From: Octopus sinensis
Taxonomy: Eukaryota
Direction: 5' to 3'
Length of the DNA: 64,000 bases
Assembly: GCF_006345805.1 (NCBI RefSeq)
Contig: NC_043023.1
Coordinates: 2,480,001 to 2,544,000 of the forward strand
Shown: positions 11,740 to 26,775 of the stretch, piece by piece
Layout of the letters: every line of letters starts with the position of its first letter
How positions within the stretch are numbered: the first letter of the stretch is position 1
Position numbers and translations under genes: made by a program
Notes under the pieces: generated by a model
The model's database searches: none
Seen by the model: the letters and a program-made list of their open reading frames with translations, nothing else
What the model was told of the DNA's origin: nothing

Positions 11740-12186
11740 AGATTGTCTTGAAATAAACTGAAAATCCCTGTAATGGAATACATTGATAAACACCAACTCA
11801 AGGAATACTGGTGGAATATTCTCATCAAAACATCTGTCAAATGTAAACATAACAGGCTGGATATTGTTGTTTGGGATAGAGGAGCAAAGGTATGTACCAC
11901 CATAGTGGTCAGCTGCCCTGAAGATATAAATATCTCTATGAAAATCAAAGAAAAAGAGGATATTTATGGACAACTGCTTTGAAACCTCCAGCTTATATAT
12001 CAGACTATGATTTCATATTTATACCAATAATAATTGGAGCAGTGGGTTTTGTTAGTAAATGCTTAAAGGAGAATCTGGATAAACTGGGATTTTCAGAAAG
12101 GGAAATTGACCAGCTAATTCGTATGAGTGTAATCTGTGAGTGGAACAGTAAAAATATGCAAGACTTTTCTCAAGTTCCAAATGTGA
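11740..12186 (+). pseudogene. R4/Dong-like non-LTR retrotransposon C-terminal restriction-like endonuclease fragment
   Basis: WWNILIKTSVKCKHNRLDIVVWD..VSCP..N..K.KEK..Y..L and IPIIIGAVG motifs of the PD-(D/E)XK REL domain; stop codon and frameshifts. Confidence 0.8.
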
Positions 12187-12365
12187 ATTTGTCTCTGTTA
12201 ACTACATCTCAAAGATGAGGCCTTGTATCTTTGTTAGAAACTGGCTCCCTCTTCAGTGGAAGATTTATAATAATTGAAAAACAGAAAAGACTTGGATTAC
12301 ATAAATGGAAACATACATGCCAGTATGTATGTATATATGTATGTGAGTGTATATATATATATATA

Positions 12366-12775
12366 GATGCAGGAGGGGCTTTGTGGTAAGTAGCTTGCTT
12401 ACCAACCACATGTTTCTGGGTTCAGTCCCACTGTGTAGCACCTGGGCAAGTGTCTTCTACTATAGCCAAGGGCCGACCAAAGCCTTGTGAGTGGATTTGG
12501 TAGACGGAAACTGAAAGAAACCCATCGTATATATGTATATATATATGTGTGTTTGTACATATGTTTGTGTGTCTGTGTTTGTCCCCCCCACCAACATCAC
12601 TTGACAACTGATGCTGGTGTGTTTACGTCCCCGTAACTTAGCAGTTCAGCAAAAGAGACTGATAGAATAAGTACTAGGCTTACAAAGAATAAGTCCTGGG
12701 GTCAATTTGCTTGACTAAAGGTGGTGCTCCAGCATGGCTGCAGTCAAATGACTGAAACAAATAAAAGAGTAAAAG
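12366..12775 (+). mobile_element. SINE family A; another copy at about 13142-13555 (+)
   Basis: Head, core and tail as in the other copies. Confidence 0.9.
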
Positions 12776-12826
12776 ATATATCGTCATCATCATTATTGAT
12801 CATCATCATTTAATGTCCATTATATA

Positions 12827-13042
12827 CAAGTGTGTGTTGAAAAGTTCCTGGCTTTGGGTAAAAGAAAATAGAGGAGGATCAGTTAATTTTGATTTTATCC
12901 AACATATTCCCCTCTCAGATTCACACTCTTATTGCAGTAGTCATCCAGATTTTCTAAGCCCTGTAAAATGAACTCAGGAGGTTGGGCCTCCAACCAGGCC
13001 TTTCATGACACCCTTAAAACCAGGAACTTTTCAACACCCTCT

Positions 13043-13044
<2 letters not shown>
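12827..13044. mobile_element. 218-bp mariner-type MITE; another copy at about 43731-43944
   Basis: TA on both sides; terminal inverted repeats share GTGTTGAAAAGTTCCTGG. Confidence 0.88.
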
Positions 13045-13107
<63 letters not shown>

Positions 13108-13277
13108 AAATTCATTTAAACATAAAAATATATAATTGTACAGAGGTGTGGTTGTGTGGCAAGAAGCTTGCTTCCCAACCACATGGTTCCAGGTTCAGTC
13201 CCACTGCATGGCACCTTGGGCAAGTGTCTTCTACTATAGCCTGCGGCTTTGGTAGACAGAAGCTGAAAGAAGCCTGT

Positions 13278-13319
<42 letters not shown>

Positions 13320-13589
13320 CACACACACACATGTGTGTGTGTGTCTGTCTGTCTGTCTGTGTTTGTCTCCCATCACCACTTGACAACTGATGTTGGTGGA
13401 ATTATGCCCCCCCCCCAACTTAGCAGTTCGGCAAAAGAGAATGATAGAAGTACTAGATTCACAAAGAATAAGTCCTGGCATCGATTTCTTGACTAAAGGC
13501 AGTGCTCCAGCATGGCTGCAGTCAAATGACTGAAGCAAGTAATAGAATAAAAGAAAAAAAGAACCTGTTTATTCACATATACACAAATA

Positions 13590-14400
13590 TATTTATACAT
13601 ACATATCTATATATAAATGCATGCATACATAGAGGCATGCATACATACATATATAAAGTCATATGAACATACATGGTTAATACATACATATATTCATACA
13701 TGCGTACATACATATACACATACATACAAACATACATACATTCATGCATACGTTCATACATACATACATATATACATACATACATACATACATATATACA
13801 AACATATATGCATACATACATGCATGCATACATACATACATACATACATACATGCATACATACGTACATACATACATGCATACATACATACATGCATTCA
13901 TGCATACATTCATACATACATGCATACATACATGCATACAAACATACACACACACATACATTCATACATACATACACACACATACATACATACATTCATA
14001 CATTCATGCATACAAACATACATACATACATACATACAAACATGCATACATGCATATATGCATGCATGCATGCACGTATACATACATGCATGCATACATA
14101 CATGCATACATACATGTATACATTCATGCATACATACATACATACATACATACATACATGTATACATTCATGCATACATACATGCATACATACATACATA
14201 CATACATTCATATATACATACATACATACATACACACACATACACACATACATATATACATACATACATACATACATACACACACACATACATTCATACA
14301 TACATACACACACATGCATACATTCATACATACAAACATACGTACATACATACATTCATACATGCATACATACTTAAATACATACATGCATACATAAATA
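13590..14400. repeat. Long (CATA/CATG)n microsatellite
   Basis: Direct. Confidence 0.95.
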
Positions 14401-15474
14401 CAGAAATGATTGGAACAAATCTATTTTGCTATTCATTTCCAAATCAAGAGAGAGGTTAAGAAGCTAAGCAAAATGCAACATCAACACTAGCAAATACAAC
14501 AGCAACAACAACAACCCCACCGTTCATATCAGCAACAACAACATACAAAGAAATCATCCTAAACATCAGTGCAGAGCCTAAACAATCACAAAAGACAAGA
14601 AACCTATCTGTGTGTCATGTTTCTTCTTCAAATTTTTCTCAGTAGCCATCGTGTAAATAAAGTAAATTGCAAATAAAATGAAGCTAAAAATTTCTCTGAG
14701 CGCAAAACAAAGAACAAAATGGCTGCCGTTGAAAGTTTCTACAGAATCACATCTTATTAAGTGCAGTTGTTTGTTTAGAAATTTTTCAATAACATCACAA
14801 GGTTTTGTCAAAATATCTTTCCTATTCTTTTTAAACATCCCTTTTCTGTAACTTTCGTTGAAATTTAACGCATTTCCGGACTGAAATCTCGATGTAAAAT
14901 CGAAGCGAAACTTTTGAGGAAAGAAGAAAGGAGACGAAAGAAAAAACAAAAAAAAGCTGAAAGCCTTACAGCATGCCCGACTACGATGATGTGACTTGTT
15001 GGTTTGAACAACATAGACTATAAAACCATTGAAAATTGAGGATATCCACTTCATTGCTTGTTACTGGAACGATTCTCTGCCATTTTTTTTTTTCTTTTTC
15101 CTTCGTGAAAAACACAAAAAAACCCCTCCAAAAATCACGGTTCTCCGATAGATTTGTCCATGTAAAAGCATGATTACAATGAAGTTACAATATTTTTTTT
15201 GTGTTTCTTATTAGGTTTAAAAGTTGTCGGTTTTTAAATAGTTTCCTGTACTTGTTGTTCTTCATCTTGTTGATTCCTTGTTATGCTGGATTTGATCATC
15301 TTTTGGCTGTCAGTTTTTTTCTTTGTTTTGTGGTGTTTTCTATTTGTTTGTTTATAACTGTTGTTGTTGTTGTATTTGAGGTTGTTTTGCTGTATCATCC
15401 GGAGAGCTTAGTGCCTTTGTTGCGTTGCATGCGCAATTTTCTTTATTTATGAGCATGACGTGAAGATATCACTC

Positions 15475-15561
15475 TGTGTGTGTGTATATTATATATATAT
15501 ATATATAATATATATATATATATATGTATGTATATATATATAATATATATATATATATATG

Positions 15562-15628
<67 letters not shown>

Positions 15629-15894
15629 ATATGTATGTATGTATGTATTATGTATGTATGTATTATGTATGTATGTATATGTATGTATGTATGTATGTAT
15701 ATATATATGTATGTATGATATATATATGTATGTATATATGTATGTATGTATATATGTATGTATGTATATATGTATGTATATATGTATGTATGTATGTATG
15801 TATATATGTATGTATGTATGTTATGTATAATGTATGTATATATATATATATATATGTATATATATGTGTATATATATATGTATATATCTATATG

Positions 15895-15925
<31 letters not shown>

Positions 15926-16331
15926 GTGTGTGTGTATATATATATGTATATATATATATATATATTGTGTGTATATTATATATATGTATATATATATATA
16001 TATGTGTATATATATGTATATATATACATACATACATATACATATGTGTATACACATACATGCACATATGTAGGCACAGATAGTCACAGACAGGTATGTA
16101 TATATCTGTCTATATCTATCAATCCATGTCTCTCTCCTGTGTATATATATATAATATATATATATATATATGCATACCCATATGACTATTTGCGTATATT
16201 TACCTGCAATTATGAGTGCTTCAGGAAATACCAATGGAAATGAAAATATGTGTGTGGTTGGGCATGTATGTATATATATATGTATATATATGCATATAGA
16301 TATAGCCATATATATATATCTATATATATAC

Positions 16332-16365
<34 letters not shown>

Positions 16366-16730
16366 CTATATATATACATGCATACATGTATACATATAGA
16401 AACACACACATGCACATATACATCTGCATATGTGTGCAGTTGATAGACATATGTATGTGTGTGTGTACATAAACAAAGACATTCTGTATACATGCCTGTG
16501 TGTATACACAAGTGCAAAACAAGCCATGCATATACATGTTCAGAAATAAAAAGTAATGAGTGTTTGTGTATATATGTATGTGTATATATATATATATATC
16601 ATATATGTATGTGTGTGTATATATATATACATATATATACACATGTATGTGGACATGTATATACATATACATGGACATACATATATATGCATATATGTAT
16701 GTCTATATATATGTGTATATTATATATATG

Positions 16731-16765
<35 letters not shown>

Positions 16766-16927
16766 ATGTATGTACATATACATGTGTGTGTGTGTATATA
16801 TATATATGTCCATATATATAAATATGTATGTATATTTTATATATATATAAATATATGTATGTATCTATATATATGTGTGTGTATATATATATGTATATAT
16901 ATATATGTATGTATATATATATGTATG

Positions 16928-16964
<37 letters not shown>

Positions 16965-17519
16965 GTATGTATATATATTTATATGTATATATATATGTAT
17001 GTATGTATATGTATATATATATATATGTATGTATGTATATGTATATATATATGTATGTATGTATATGTATATATATATGTATGTATATGTATATATATAT
17101 GTATGTATATATATGTATATATATGTATGTATATATATATATGTATGTTTGTATATATATGTATGTATATATATATATCTAGTATGTATATATATATATG
17201 TATATATATATGTATATATATATATATATATATGTATGTATATGTATATATATATGTATGTATTGTATATATATATGTATTATATGTATATATTATATAT
17301 GTATGTATATGTCTATATATATATGTATGTATATGTATATATATATATATGTATGTATATTATATATATATTATATGTGTATATGTATATATATATATAT
17401 GTATGGGTATATATATGTGTATGAATATATATATATATAAATCTTCACATATTTCTTTTAGCAGCTCATTTTCATTAAAGTAGTCTTGTCAGTCAGGTTA
17501 CACATATATACATACATAC

Positions 17520-17567
<48 letters not shown>

Positions 17568-17620
17568 GTGTGTGTGTGTGTGCATGTACATGTGTGTGTG
17601 TACGTGTGTGCGTTTATGTA
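15475..17620. repeat. Long (TA)n/(TATG)n microsatellite field
   Basis: Direct; similar fields at about 22690-23310, 30120-30720, 31785-32120, 35600-36380, 46370-46740, 50290-50950, 51560-52290 and 61120-61900. Confidence 0.95.
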
Positions 17621-17774
17621 CATGTGTGTATGTGTGTTTAGCTTGACTGACAAGTGTACTTTAATGAACTTAAGCAGTTGAAAGTAATATTTGAAGACTT
17701 TAAAATGTTAAACACTATCTTGCAAATATCTCTCTCAAAACTTATCTGACTCACATTTAAACGTACCTGTTTCT

Positions 17775-19437
17775 ATTATCATCATCATCATTGTTGTCAT
17801 CACTATCATCACCTTCAATTTTGCCGTCATTGTCATTGTTATCACTACCATCATCATCATTACTGTTGTCGCTGTCGTCACCACCACCACCATCACCACT
17901 ATCACTGCGATCATCATCTTCATAGTCATCATTGCCATCATCATCATCGCCATCATCATAATCATTATCATCATTATCATCATTACCATCACCACCACTA
18001 CCACCACCATTCTTATCATCGTTACCACCACCATCATTACCACCACATTATCATCATCATCATCATCGTTACCATCACCACTACCACCACCACCATTCTC
18101 CTCATCATCACCATCACCACCATTACCACCACCATCATCATCATCATCAGTATTACCACCACTACCACCACCACCACCACCATTCTCATCATTACCATCA
18201 TCACCATTACCACCACCATTATCATCATCATCATCACTATTACCACCACTACCACTACCACCATTCTCATCACCATCACCACCATTACCACCACCATTCA
18301 GAGACAGATTTTCAAAGACTGGATGCCCTTCCTGTCACACATGTGTGTAGGATATATATATATTTTTTTCTTTATCTTTCACTTTTTTTCAGTCATTACA
18401 CTATGGCCATGCTGGGGCACTCCTTTGAAGAAGTTGTTTTTAAAGTCTGGTACCGATTCTATAAATCTCTTTTCCCAAACTGCTATGTTACCGGGATGTA
18501 AACACACTAACACCGGTTGTCAACCAGAGGTGGGGAACAAACACTGACACACGTATATAATTATATATACGATGGGCTTCTTTCAGTTTCTTATTTCTTT
18601 ATTGCCCACAAGGGGCTAAACATACAGACCAAAAGGACAGACAAGGGATTAAGGTCGATTACACATCGACCCCAGTGCGTAACTGGTACTTAATTTATCG
18701 ACCCCGAAAGGATGAAAGGCAAAGTCGACCTCAGCGGAATTTGAACTCAGAACATAATGGCAGATGAAATACCTATTTCTTTACTACCCACAAGGGGCCA
18801 AATACAGAGTGGACAAACAAGGACAGACAAAGGGATCAAGTCGATTACATCGACTCCAGTGCATAACTGGTACTTAATTTATCGACCCCGAAAGGATGAA
18901 ATGCAAAGTCGACCTCAGCGGAATTTGAACTCAGAATGTAACAGCTGACGAAATACCGCTAAGCATTTAGCCTGGTGTGCTAACGTTTCTGCCAGCTCGA
19001 TGCCTTCTTTCAGTTTTGGTCTACCAAATCCACTCAGGTTTTGGTTGGCCTGGGACTATAGCAGAATACACTTGCCCAAGGTGCCACACAGTGGGACTGA
19101 ACCTGGAACCATGTGGTTGGGAAGAAAACTTCTCACCACAGCCACGCTCATACCATGTCTGTACTTGTACCAACAATCTGGAAATACATCAAAATAGGCA
19201 ACAGCCAAAGAACTTGGATGGAATTTTCTGGATATAAGAATGGCCAAACTATGATTTATGGAACTGGTTTTTAAATGTCTTTGGATATAGACTCATTTGC
19301 AGAGAATTTGGCAACCAAATTGCTTATTATTGCAAAAAGAAATATATATATGGAGCAAGAAAAAGTGAAAACGGCTCAAATTGACTTTTGATGAAATTTT
19401 ATCCTGAAGATTAATGATTTGCAGTAATTAGAATTAG

Positions 19438-19496
<59 letters not shown>

Positions 19497-19553
19497 TCAT
19501 CATCATCATCACCACCATCATCATCATCATCACCATCATCACCATCATCACCA

Positions 19554-19584
<31 letters not shown>

Positions 19585-19815
19585 CATCATCATCATCGTC
19601 GTCATCATCATCACCATCACCATCATCGTCGTCATCACCATCACCACCACCATCATCATCATCATCATCATCACCACCATCATCATTGTCGTCGTCGTCA
19701 TCTTCATCGTCATCACCATCATCATCATCATCTTCATCGTCATCATCACCATCTTCATCGTCATCATCATCATCATCACCATCTTCATCATCATCGTATC
19801 ATCATCATCATTATT
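17775..19815. repeat. Two (CAT/CAC/CGT)n trinucleotide tracts (17775-18297 and 19437-19815) around SINE fragments
   Basis: Direct. Confidence 0.9.
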
Positions 19816-20148
19816 ATTACTATTATTATTATTGATGTTGTTGTTGTGATTGTTATTAATTTCTGAGATGATTTATAAATATTCCCAGAATTGGTGAAGA
19901 ATTTTGATTAACGCAGTTTTGATGTATACTGAAATGACATTGTGGATTAATTAGTCGCATTAATTAGTCACGTTAAGCAAGACAAATTGGTCTATATATA
20001 TATATGTACACATACGCATATATATTTAATATACACACATATATCTCAATATCTCTTGTGTGAGGATCTTATATATACACACATACATACATTATAAATA
20101 TATGTATCCAGATTTAGGGAATGATGTTGGTAAAATCTAGGCTACATA

Positions 20149-20670
20149 CCGTAAATCCTCGAGTATAGTCCGCCTTTGAGTATAATATGCAGGAGATTTT
20201 TAGGGGGCTGTACCTCTGAAAAACCTAAACCTTGTGTATAATACGCACCCCTTCTCTAACTTGAGTCGTACGTAATTAAGCCAGCAGCACTTAATTGAAC
20301 AAACACTTCCGCACATGCGTAATACAATAATGGTGATGTTCTTAACTGTTATATGGGAATGTAAATATGTTTGCAAATTGTTTTTGTTACATGTTATTCT
20401 GTGTTCTGAATACTTTTATTTTAATAAATGTTGCTTACTGCAAGTTATGGATGATTCTTTTATGACTTCATTGCTTTCAGGCTTAGCTTAAGGTATTTTC
20501 GCACCTGACATCACAAAATGTGTCGGAATAAACGTTGCCAGACAGCAAATAGAGACTCGGACATTGCTTAGAAAATATTTTTCATTTTTAACCTTGTATG
20601 TAGTACGCACTAGGGATTTTGACCTTTAAATTTTGGGAAAAATTTGTGGATTATACTCGAGGATTTACGG
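20149..20670. mobile_element. 522-bp Tc1/mariner-superfamily (pogo/Tigger/Tc2-like) MITE
   Basis: TA at 20147-48 and 20671-72; TIR CCGTAAATCCTCGAGTATAGTCC versus CCGTAAATCCTCGAGTATAATCC (22 of 23 identical). Confidence 0.9.
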
Positions 20671-20809
20671 TATGTTCCCTAGTTAGCAGAACATAGTAAT
20701 TACCCAAATGAGGGGTAATCCACTAGCTACTAATTGGCTGAAGATACCTTAGACACATGAAGGCTACATTGTCATTAAGGGATTCTGTGTTAGCTTGCAG
20801 GAGATTCAA

Positions 20810-21140
20810 TCGAAAATGGAATCCCCTAATGACATGGGAAAAGGTGTTGAAGCATGATCTTTGAATGTTGGACCTCATAGAGGCAATGACTTGTGTCAGA
20901 GACCTTTGGAATATGGCATGCTTGAGAAGAATCATCGAGCCAAGTAAAATTGTAGTCATGGCTGTTGGTGCTGTCAGGTAAATCGCATCCATGCCTGTAT
21001 CTTGCAAAAACCACCCATTATGGTTTTGGAGTGGTTAGCATTAGGTGCAGATCTCTGGCTTACAAATTCCAGGCAGCCTGTCTGACCCATGCCAGCATGG
21101 AAAACATACGTTAAATGATGATGATGATGATGATGATGAT
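20810..21140 (+). pseudogene. RTE-like LINE ORF2 C-terminus plus 3' end
   Basis: ..TWEKVLKHDL*MLDLIEAMT..RDLW.. resembles the RTE terminal motif TW...V..DL..L.L.EAM..DR..W; followed by the shared 3' end and (GAT)n. Confidence 0.65.
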
Positions 21141-21989
21141 ATATATACGTTTTGGCATTCAGACGAGTGTACAGGCATTGATGTGGCAACATTTGAAATT
21201 TTGTCTAGGTATATGCAGCTGATGAAGACTAATCAAATTTATGTTGACACATGTATTTAAAGAGTTAGAAACGGGTCCTGCCTTATTCGATGCTAGGTTG
21301 TCCAAATATCGAATGTTCTTCCTAGAGGTAAGACAATTTTTTTCGTGTTTGTTGCACACACACGTCTTTGCTAGTATATACGCAGTGAAGCTATACAACA
21401 GCATTGTATTTATATCGATTGCTATTTTCCAGTAAATATTGGTGCCTTGTACCATTTATCTACATTTATATATATACATTTCTTTATTGACCACAGTGGG
21501 CTAAACATAGAGGGGAAAAACAAAGGGTTTAAGTCAATTAACCCAATCCCAGTTTATAACTGGTACGTATTTAATCGACCCCAAAAGGATGAAAACAAAG
21601 TTGACCTCCACGGAGTTTGAACTCAGAATGTAACAGCAGACGAAATACCTATTTCTTTACTTCCCATAGGGGTTAAACACAGAGAGGACACACAAGGACA
21701 GACAAATGGATTAAGTAGATTATATCGAGCCCAGTGCGTAACTGGTACTTATTTAATCGAACCCGAAAGGATGAAAGGTAAAGTCGACCTCGGCGGAATT
21801 TGAACTCAGAATGTAACGGCAGATGAAATAGCGCTAAGCATTTCGCCCGCTGCATGCTAACAATTCTGCCATACATACACATACATACATTTACACACTC
21901 ATGTCTACACATGTACATACATAGATGTATATATAAATATGCATAAACATAATGCCATCAGGTGAGGTATTGAGTAGAGAAGGCGTATT

Positions 21990-22393
21990 ACTCTTTACTC
22001 TTTTACTTGTTTCAGTCATTTGACTGCGGCCATGCTGGAGCACCGCCTTTAGTCGAGCAAATTGACCCGGGACTTATTCTTTTGTAAGCCCAGTACTTAT
22101 TCTATCGGTCTCTTTTGCCGAACCGCTAAGTGATGGGGACGTAAACACACCAGCATTGGTTATCAGGCAATGCTAGGGGGACAACACCAGACACACAAAC
22201 ACACACACATACATATATATATATACATATATATGACAGGCTTCTTTCAGTTTCCGTCTACCAAATCCGCTCACAAGGCATTGGTCGGCCCGGGGCTATA
22301 GCAGAAGACACTTGCCCAATGTGCCACGCAGTGGGACTGAACCCGGAACCATGTGGTTGGTTAGCAAGCTACTTACCACACAGCCACTCCTGT
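21990..22393 (-). mobile_element. Full-length SINE family A; further copies at about 28545-28960, 41222-41610, 46755-47090, 52555-52930, 55490-55900 and 60277-60735 (all minus)
   Basis: Near-identical head, core and tail. Confidence 0.92.
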
Positions 22394-22857
22394 ATATATA
22401 ACTATAAATATAGTTCTATATATATATATACACCTACGTGCATATATACAATCATATATACACACTTTTACACATGTATCTAGACACCTACACACATATG
22501 AATATGTACACATATATATATACACACGTGTAAGTATACTCATGTACCTGTTACGTGAAAATAAAATGGAAAACAACAGAAAAATAGAAGAAATTAAGAC
22601 AAAGGGAAGAATAAGAGTAAACAACATAAATAAAACAAGTAAATAAATCATAAAACAAAGAAAAAGTTTTGATAAATTCTAAGTAAATATATACATATAT
22701 ATATGTGTGTATGTATATATACATATATATACATATATACATATATATATATAAACTTATATATATGTATCTATATATATGTTTATGTATATATACATAT
22801 AGATATATGTATATATACATATATATATATACACACATATATATGCATATATATATG

Positions 22858-22901
<44 letters not shown>

Positions 22902-23045
22902 TAAATATATATATATATATATGTGTGTATATATATAAATTAAATTAGAGATAAAACCACTATTAGGCAAATCATATATATACATACATATAAATATATA
23001 TGTATGTATATATACACATATATATATGTATATATATATATACAC

Positions 23046-23179
<134 letters not shown>

Positions 23180-24035
23180 CACACATACACACAAACATAT
23201 ATAAACTGATATATCCAGACATTCAGACATGCATATGTGTGTGTGTGGTGTATGTATATCTCTATGTATGTACATATATACACATACATACATACACACA
23301 CACACACACACTCATAATCTGTTGAATGTTTAAGACAGAAAAAGAAAGCCGTGGTAGAGAGTTGGTTCTTCAAGAGGAATATATATATAAAAAAAAAAAA
23401 TCTGTAAGCAGGAAGGTTAGAAGTGTAAATAGAGGATGCAAAGACCAAGGAACCCCTTAGTGTTCCAAAGAAATAAATATATCTCTGGCTGGAAGGAAGG
23501 AACTCTTCGATGTATGGGCCCTTTTTTTGCAAGGTTCTTTCCTGGTTGAAGTTTCAGGGTATTTTTTTTTTTATACATTTGTAAATAAAGGCATGCCTGT
23601 GTGCGTGTGTGTGTATTTGTGAAGGGGGTTATGTAGTGCATATCTATCTTTACTTTTGCATTTAGGTATATATTATATATGTACATGTATGTGTATTTAG
23701 ATATATATATATGTTTATGCATATGTGTTTATATGTGTGTGTGTGTGTGTGTGTACGTATATATGTATTAATACACACACACACATACTCATATGAGTAC
23801 AAATGTATATAAAAATATAACAGATACATAGATACATTCAAGGAATTTTCTAAACATTTATATATATTTAGGTGCAGGAGTGGCTGTGTGGTAAGTAGCT
23901 TGCTTATGAACCACATGGTTCTGGGTTCAGTCCCACTGTGTGGCACCTTTGACAAGTGTCTTCTACTATAGCCCCAGGCCGACCAAAGCCTTGTGAGTGG
24001 ATTTGGCAGATAGAAACTGAAAGAAGCCTGTCGTA

Positions 24036-24078
<43 letters not shown>

Positions 24079-24711
24079 CGTTTGGCATGTATGTATAATG
24101 CCTTCTGGCATGTATGTATAATGCCCTCTATATATATAATTAATATGTTCAATAAGAATAATTATTTTGAAATTTTTTTCTCTTATGAGGGTTTTACGCT
24201 ATCTACCTGACAATTTCTTGTTAAGTTTTCCTTATTAAGTAGTTGTCCTTAATTGCTAAATTTTTATCCGAAAAAACTTTTCCCTCCCGAAATGCAATTC
24301 GTAAAAGTTTTGCCATTTACCCGGATGTAATATATGTAAACTCACCCATGTGCTTCGTGATGTTGATCAGTTAGCTGATCGGCTTAAGCGGGGAGGGTCG
24401 TTGTTTATTTATAATACATTCAGGCTGCTGATGATACGTAGTATGAATCACTGTGATACAGGTCTATATTTTAAATGTTTTTAAATGTCTTACTTGAAAA
24501 ATTGCATTCGGTGGGATTAGTAATATTTTTTGGTAGAAATGACTGATTGTCCCTCTTAGCGTTTGGCATGTATGTATAATGCCGTCTGGCATGTATGTAT
24601 AATGCCCTCTATATATAATGAATATATATTATATAATGTATACCGGAGTAAACACATAAATGTGAAACAGGTGGAAAAAAGAGTACTCAAATACCAGTGG
24701 TAGAGTAAATG

Positions 24712-24850
24712 CTTTATTTAAAGCAGCAGAAAATTCAACAAAACCTGTTACTCTGAGTTTCCCGGGAAACTCAGAGTAACAGGTTTTGTTGAATTTCCTG
24801 GGAAACTCAGAGTAACAGGTTTTGTTGAATTTTCTGCTGCTTTAAATAAA

Positions 24851-24851
<1 letters not shown>
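24712..24851. repeat. Spacerless palindrome with a 36-bp duplication in the right arm
   Basis: CTTTATTTAAAGCAGCAG...GAGTTTCCC|GGGAAACTC...CTGCTGCTTTAAATAAAG; centre at 24763/24764. Confidence 0.9.
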
Positions 24852-24893
<42 letters not shown>

Positions 24894-25844
24894 TATATAT
24901 GTACGTATGTATGTGAGTATATGTTGTGTGTCAGTGTTTGTCTCCCCAACATCGCTTGACAACTAATGCTGATGTGTTTACGTCCCCGTAACTTAGCAGT
25001 TCGGCAAAAGAGACCAATAGAATAAGCACTAGGCTTACAAAGAATAAGTCCTATATCCCGTATCAATCACATCTCTTAAAAAACGGTGATGACGAAATAT
25101 GAGGATGTGCCCTGGGCTACACTAACAGGAATGGTGGCCAGATAAAAGTTTCAAGACTGTACAGAAAGAATAAGGAATGATTAGGAAAAACATGGTGATG
25201 ATGGTCATGGTTGGAACATCTTCAGTCATAAATCTACACCAACATTCCTAATCTGAAGTTTTTCAACAGCCATATATAGGCATGGTTGTATATAGCGTGG
25301 TTGTGTGGTAAGAAGCTTGCTTCCCAACCACATGGTTCCAGGTTCAGTCCTACTGCGTGGTACTTTATGTCCCATTGTGTGGCATCTTGGATAAGAGTCT
25401 TTTACTATAGCCTCAGATCAACGAAAGCCTTGAAAGTGGATTTGATAGAGAGAAACTGAAAGAAGCCCATCTTTATATATGTGTGTGTTTTTCTTTTACT
25501 TGTTTCAGTCATTTGATTGTAGCCTTGCTGGAGTGCGGCCTTTGATCAGACAAGTTAACCCCAGGACTTATTGTTTGCAAGCCTAGTACTTATTCTATTG
25601 GTCTCTTTTGTGTCACCATGATTGACCACTAAATCCTCAAGTTCTTTTTTTATTCTCTCTTTGTTTATCTTCTTGTGTTCCTTTCTGTTGAAGAGCATAG
25701 GCTCGAAATATAAAAGACTTTCTCACCTTCTCATGCGTCAAACTAATACACCTATCTTCATCTTTTGTTTTTCTGTGAATCTTCCACTTATACATACATA
25801 TATATGTATATAATATATATATATATATATATATAATAACAATA

Positions 25845-26392
25845 TAATAGATAAATAAAACATATGCATATATACATACATATATGTACATACTTACATC
25901 TATATGTATATATACATGCATATATATGAGTACAGGACACCACAAATAATCGTAGAATACAACGAGAAACGAAGACATAAAATCAAACAAGGAAACGGAC
26001 TTTTTTTAAACAACGTAAAAACAGAGTACAGGACAAACAATACAAGGAAAATTCCCCTTCATCAGCTGCCCCTGGTTCGACTCAATGCGTGTTTCGAAGG
26101 TAAGGGCAGAACACGGCCAGGCCAAAACAGTCCTTCCTGCAAAAGGAATTAAATAAAATTCTTTTGCAGAGGGGTAAAACAAGTGACAAGAAGTACTCTG
26201 TTTTTTCGTTGTTAAAAAGAGTCCGTTTCCTTGTTTGTTTTTATGTTTTCGTTTCTCTTTGTGTTCTATGATTATTTGTGGTGTCCTGTACTCATATTTA
26301 TATATATATGCATGTATATATACATAGAGATGTAAGTATGTACATATATGTATGTATATATGCATATGTTTTATTTATTTATTATATTGTTA
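25845..26392. mobile_element. Foldback element with about 190-bp inverted arms; related one-armed copy at about 26780-27200
   Basis: 25845-26030 is the reverse complement of about 26185-26392; the centre carries TTCATCAG and GTTTCG (hammerhead-like motifs on the minus strand). Confidence 0.75.
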
Positions 26393-26730
26393 TTATAAGA
26401 CCGAACGCACGCGTTGTTTCTCTTCTCCAAGTAAGTTTTTATTTTATATATAATCTTATATTATATTTATATATATATAATTAAATAATAAGGGTATAAA
26501 TTGATATTAATCAATTAAAACCAGTGGCTTAGCATATTTAAAAAATCTGAAGATTAAAAATTGTGTTACATACAATGACCACTAAAGTGGATACCTAATA
26601 TGCTAAACATAGTTGTCAAATTGCCATTACCATGAAGAATGTGTTCTTCAGAAAAAATCTCAGCAAAACGCCAAAAGTAAAAATGAGCAAGACAAATGAA
26701 AATTACACTTATATATATATATATATATAC

Positions 26731-26775
<45 letters not shown>

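Noticed and set aside
14578-15054. 158-aa minus-strand ORF in unique DNA
   Set aside because: No recognisable domain and contains homopolymer-derived runs
13573-17483. Many long ORFs (poly-YI, HT, MYVC)
   Set aside because: They are translations of TA/CATA microsatellites that lack stop codons; the same applies to similar ORFs elsewhere in the window
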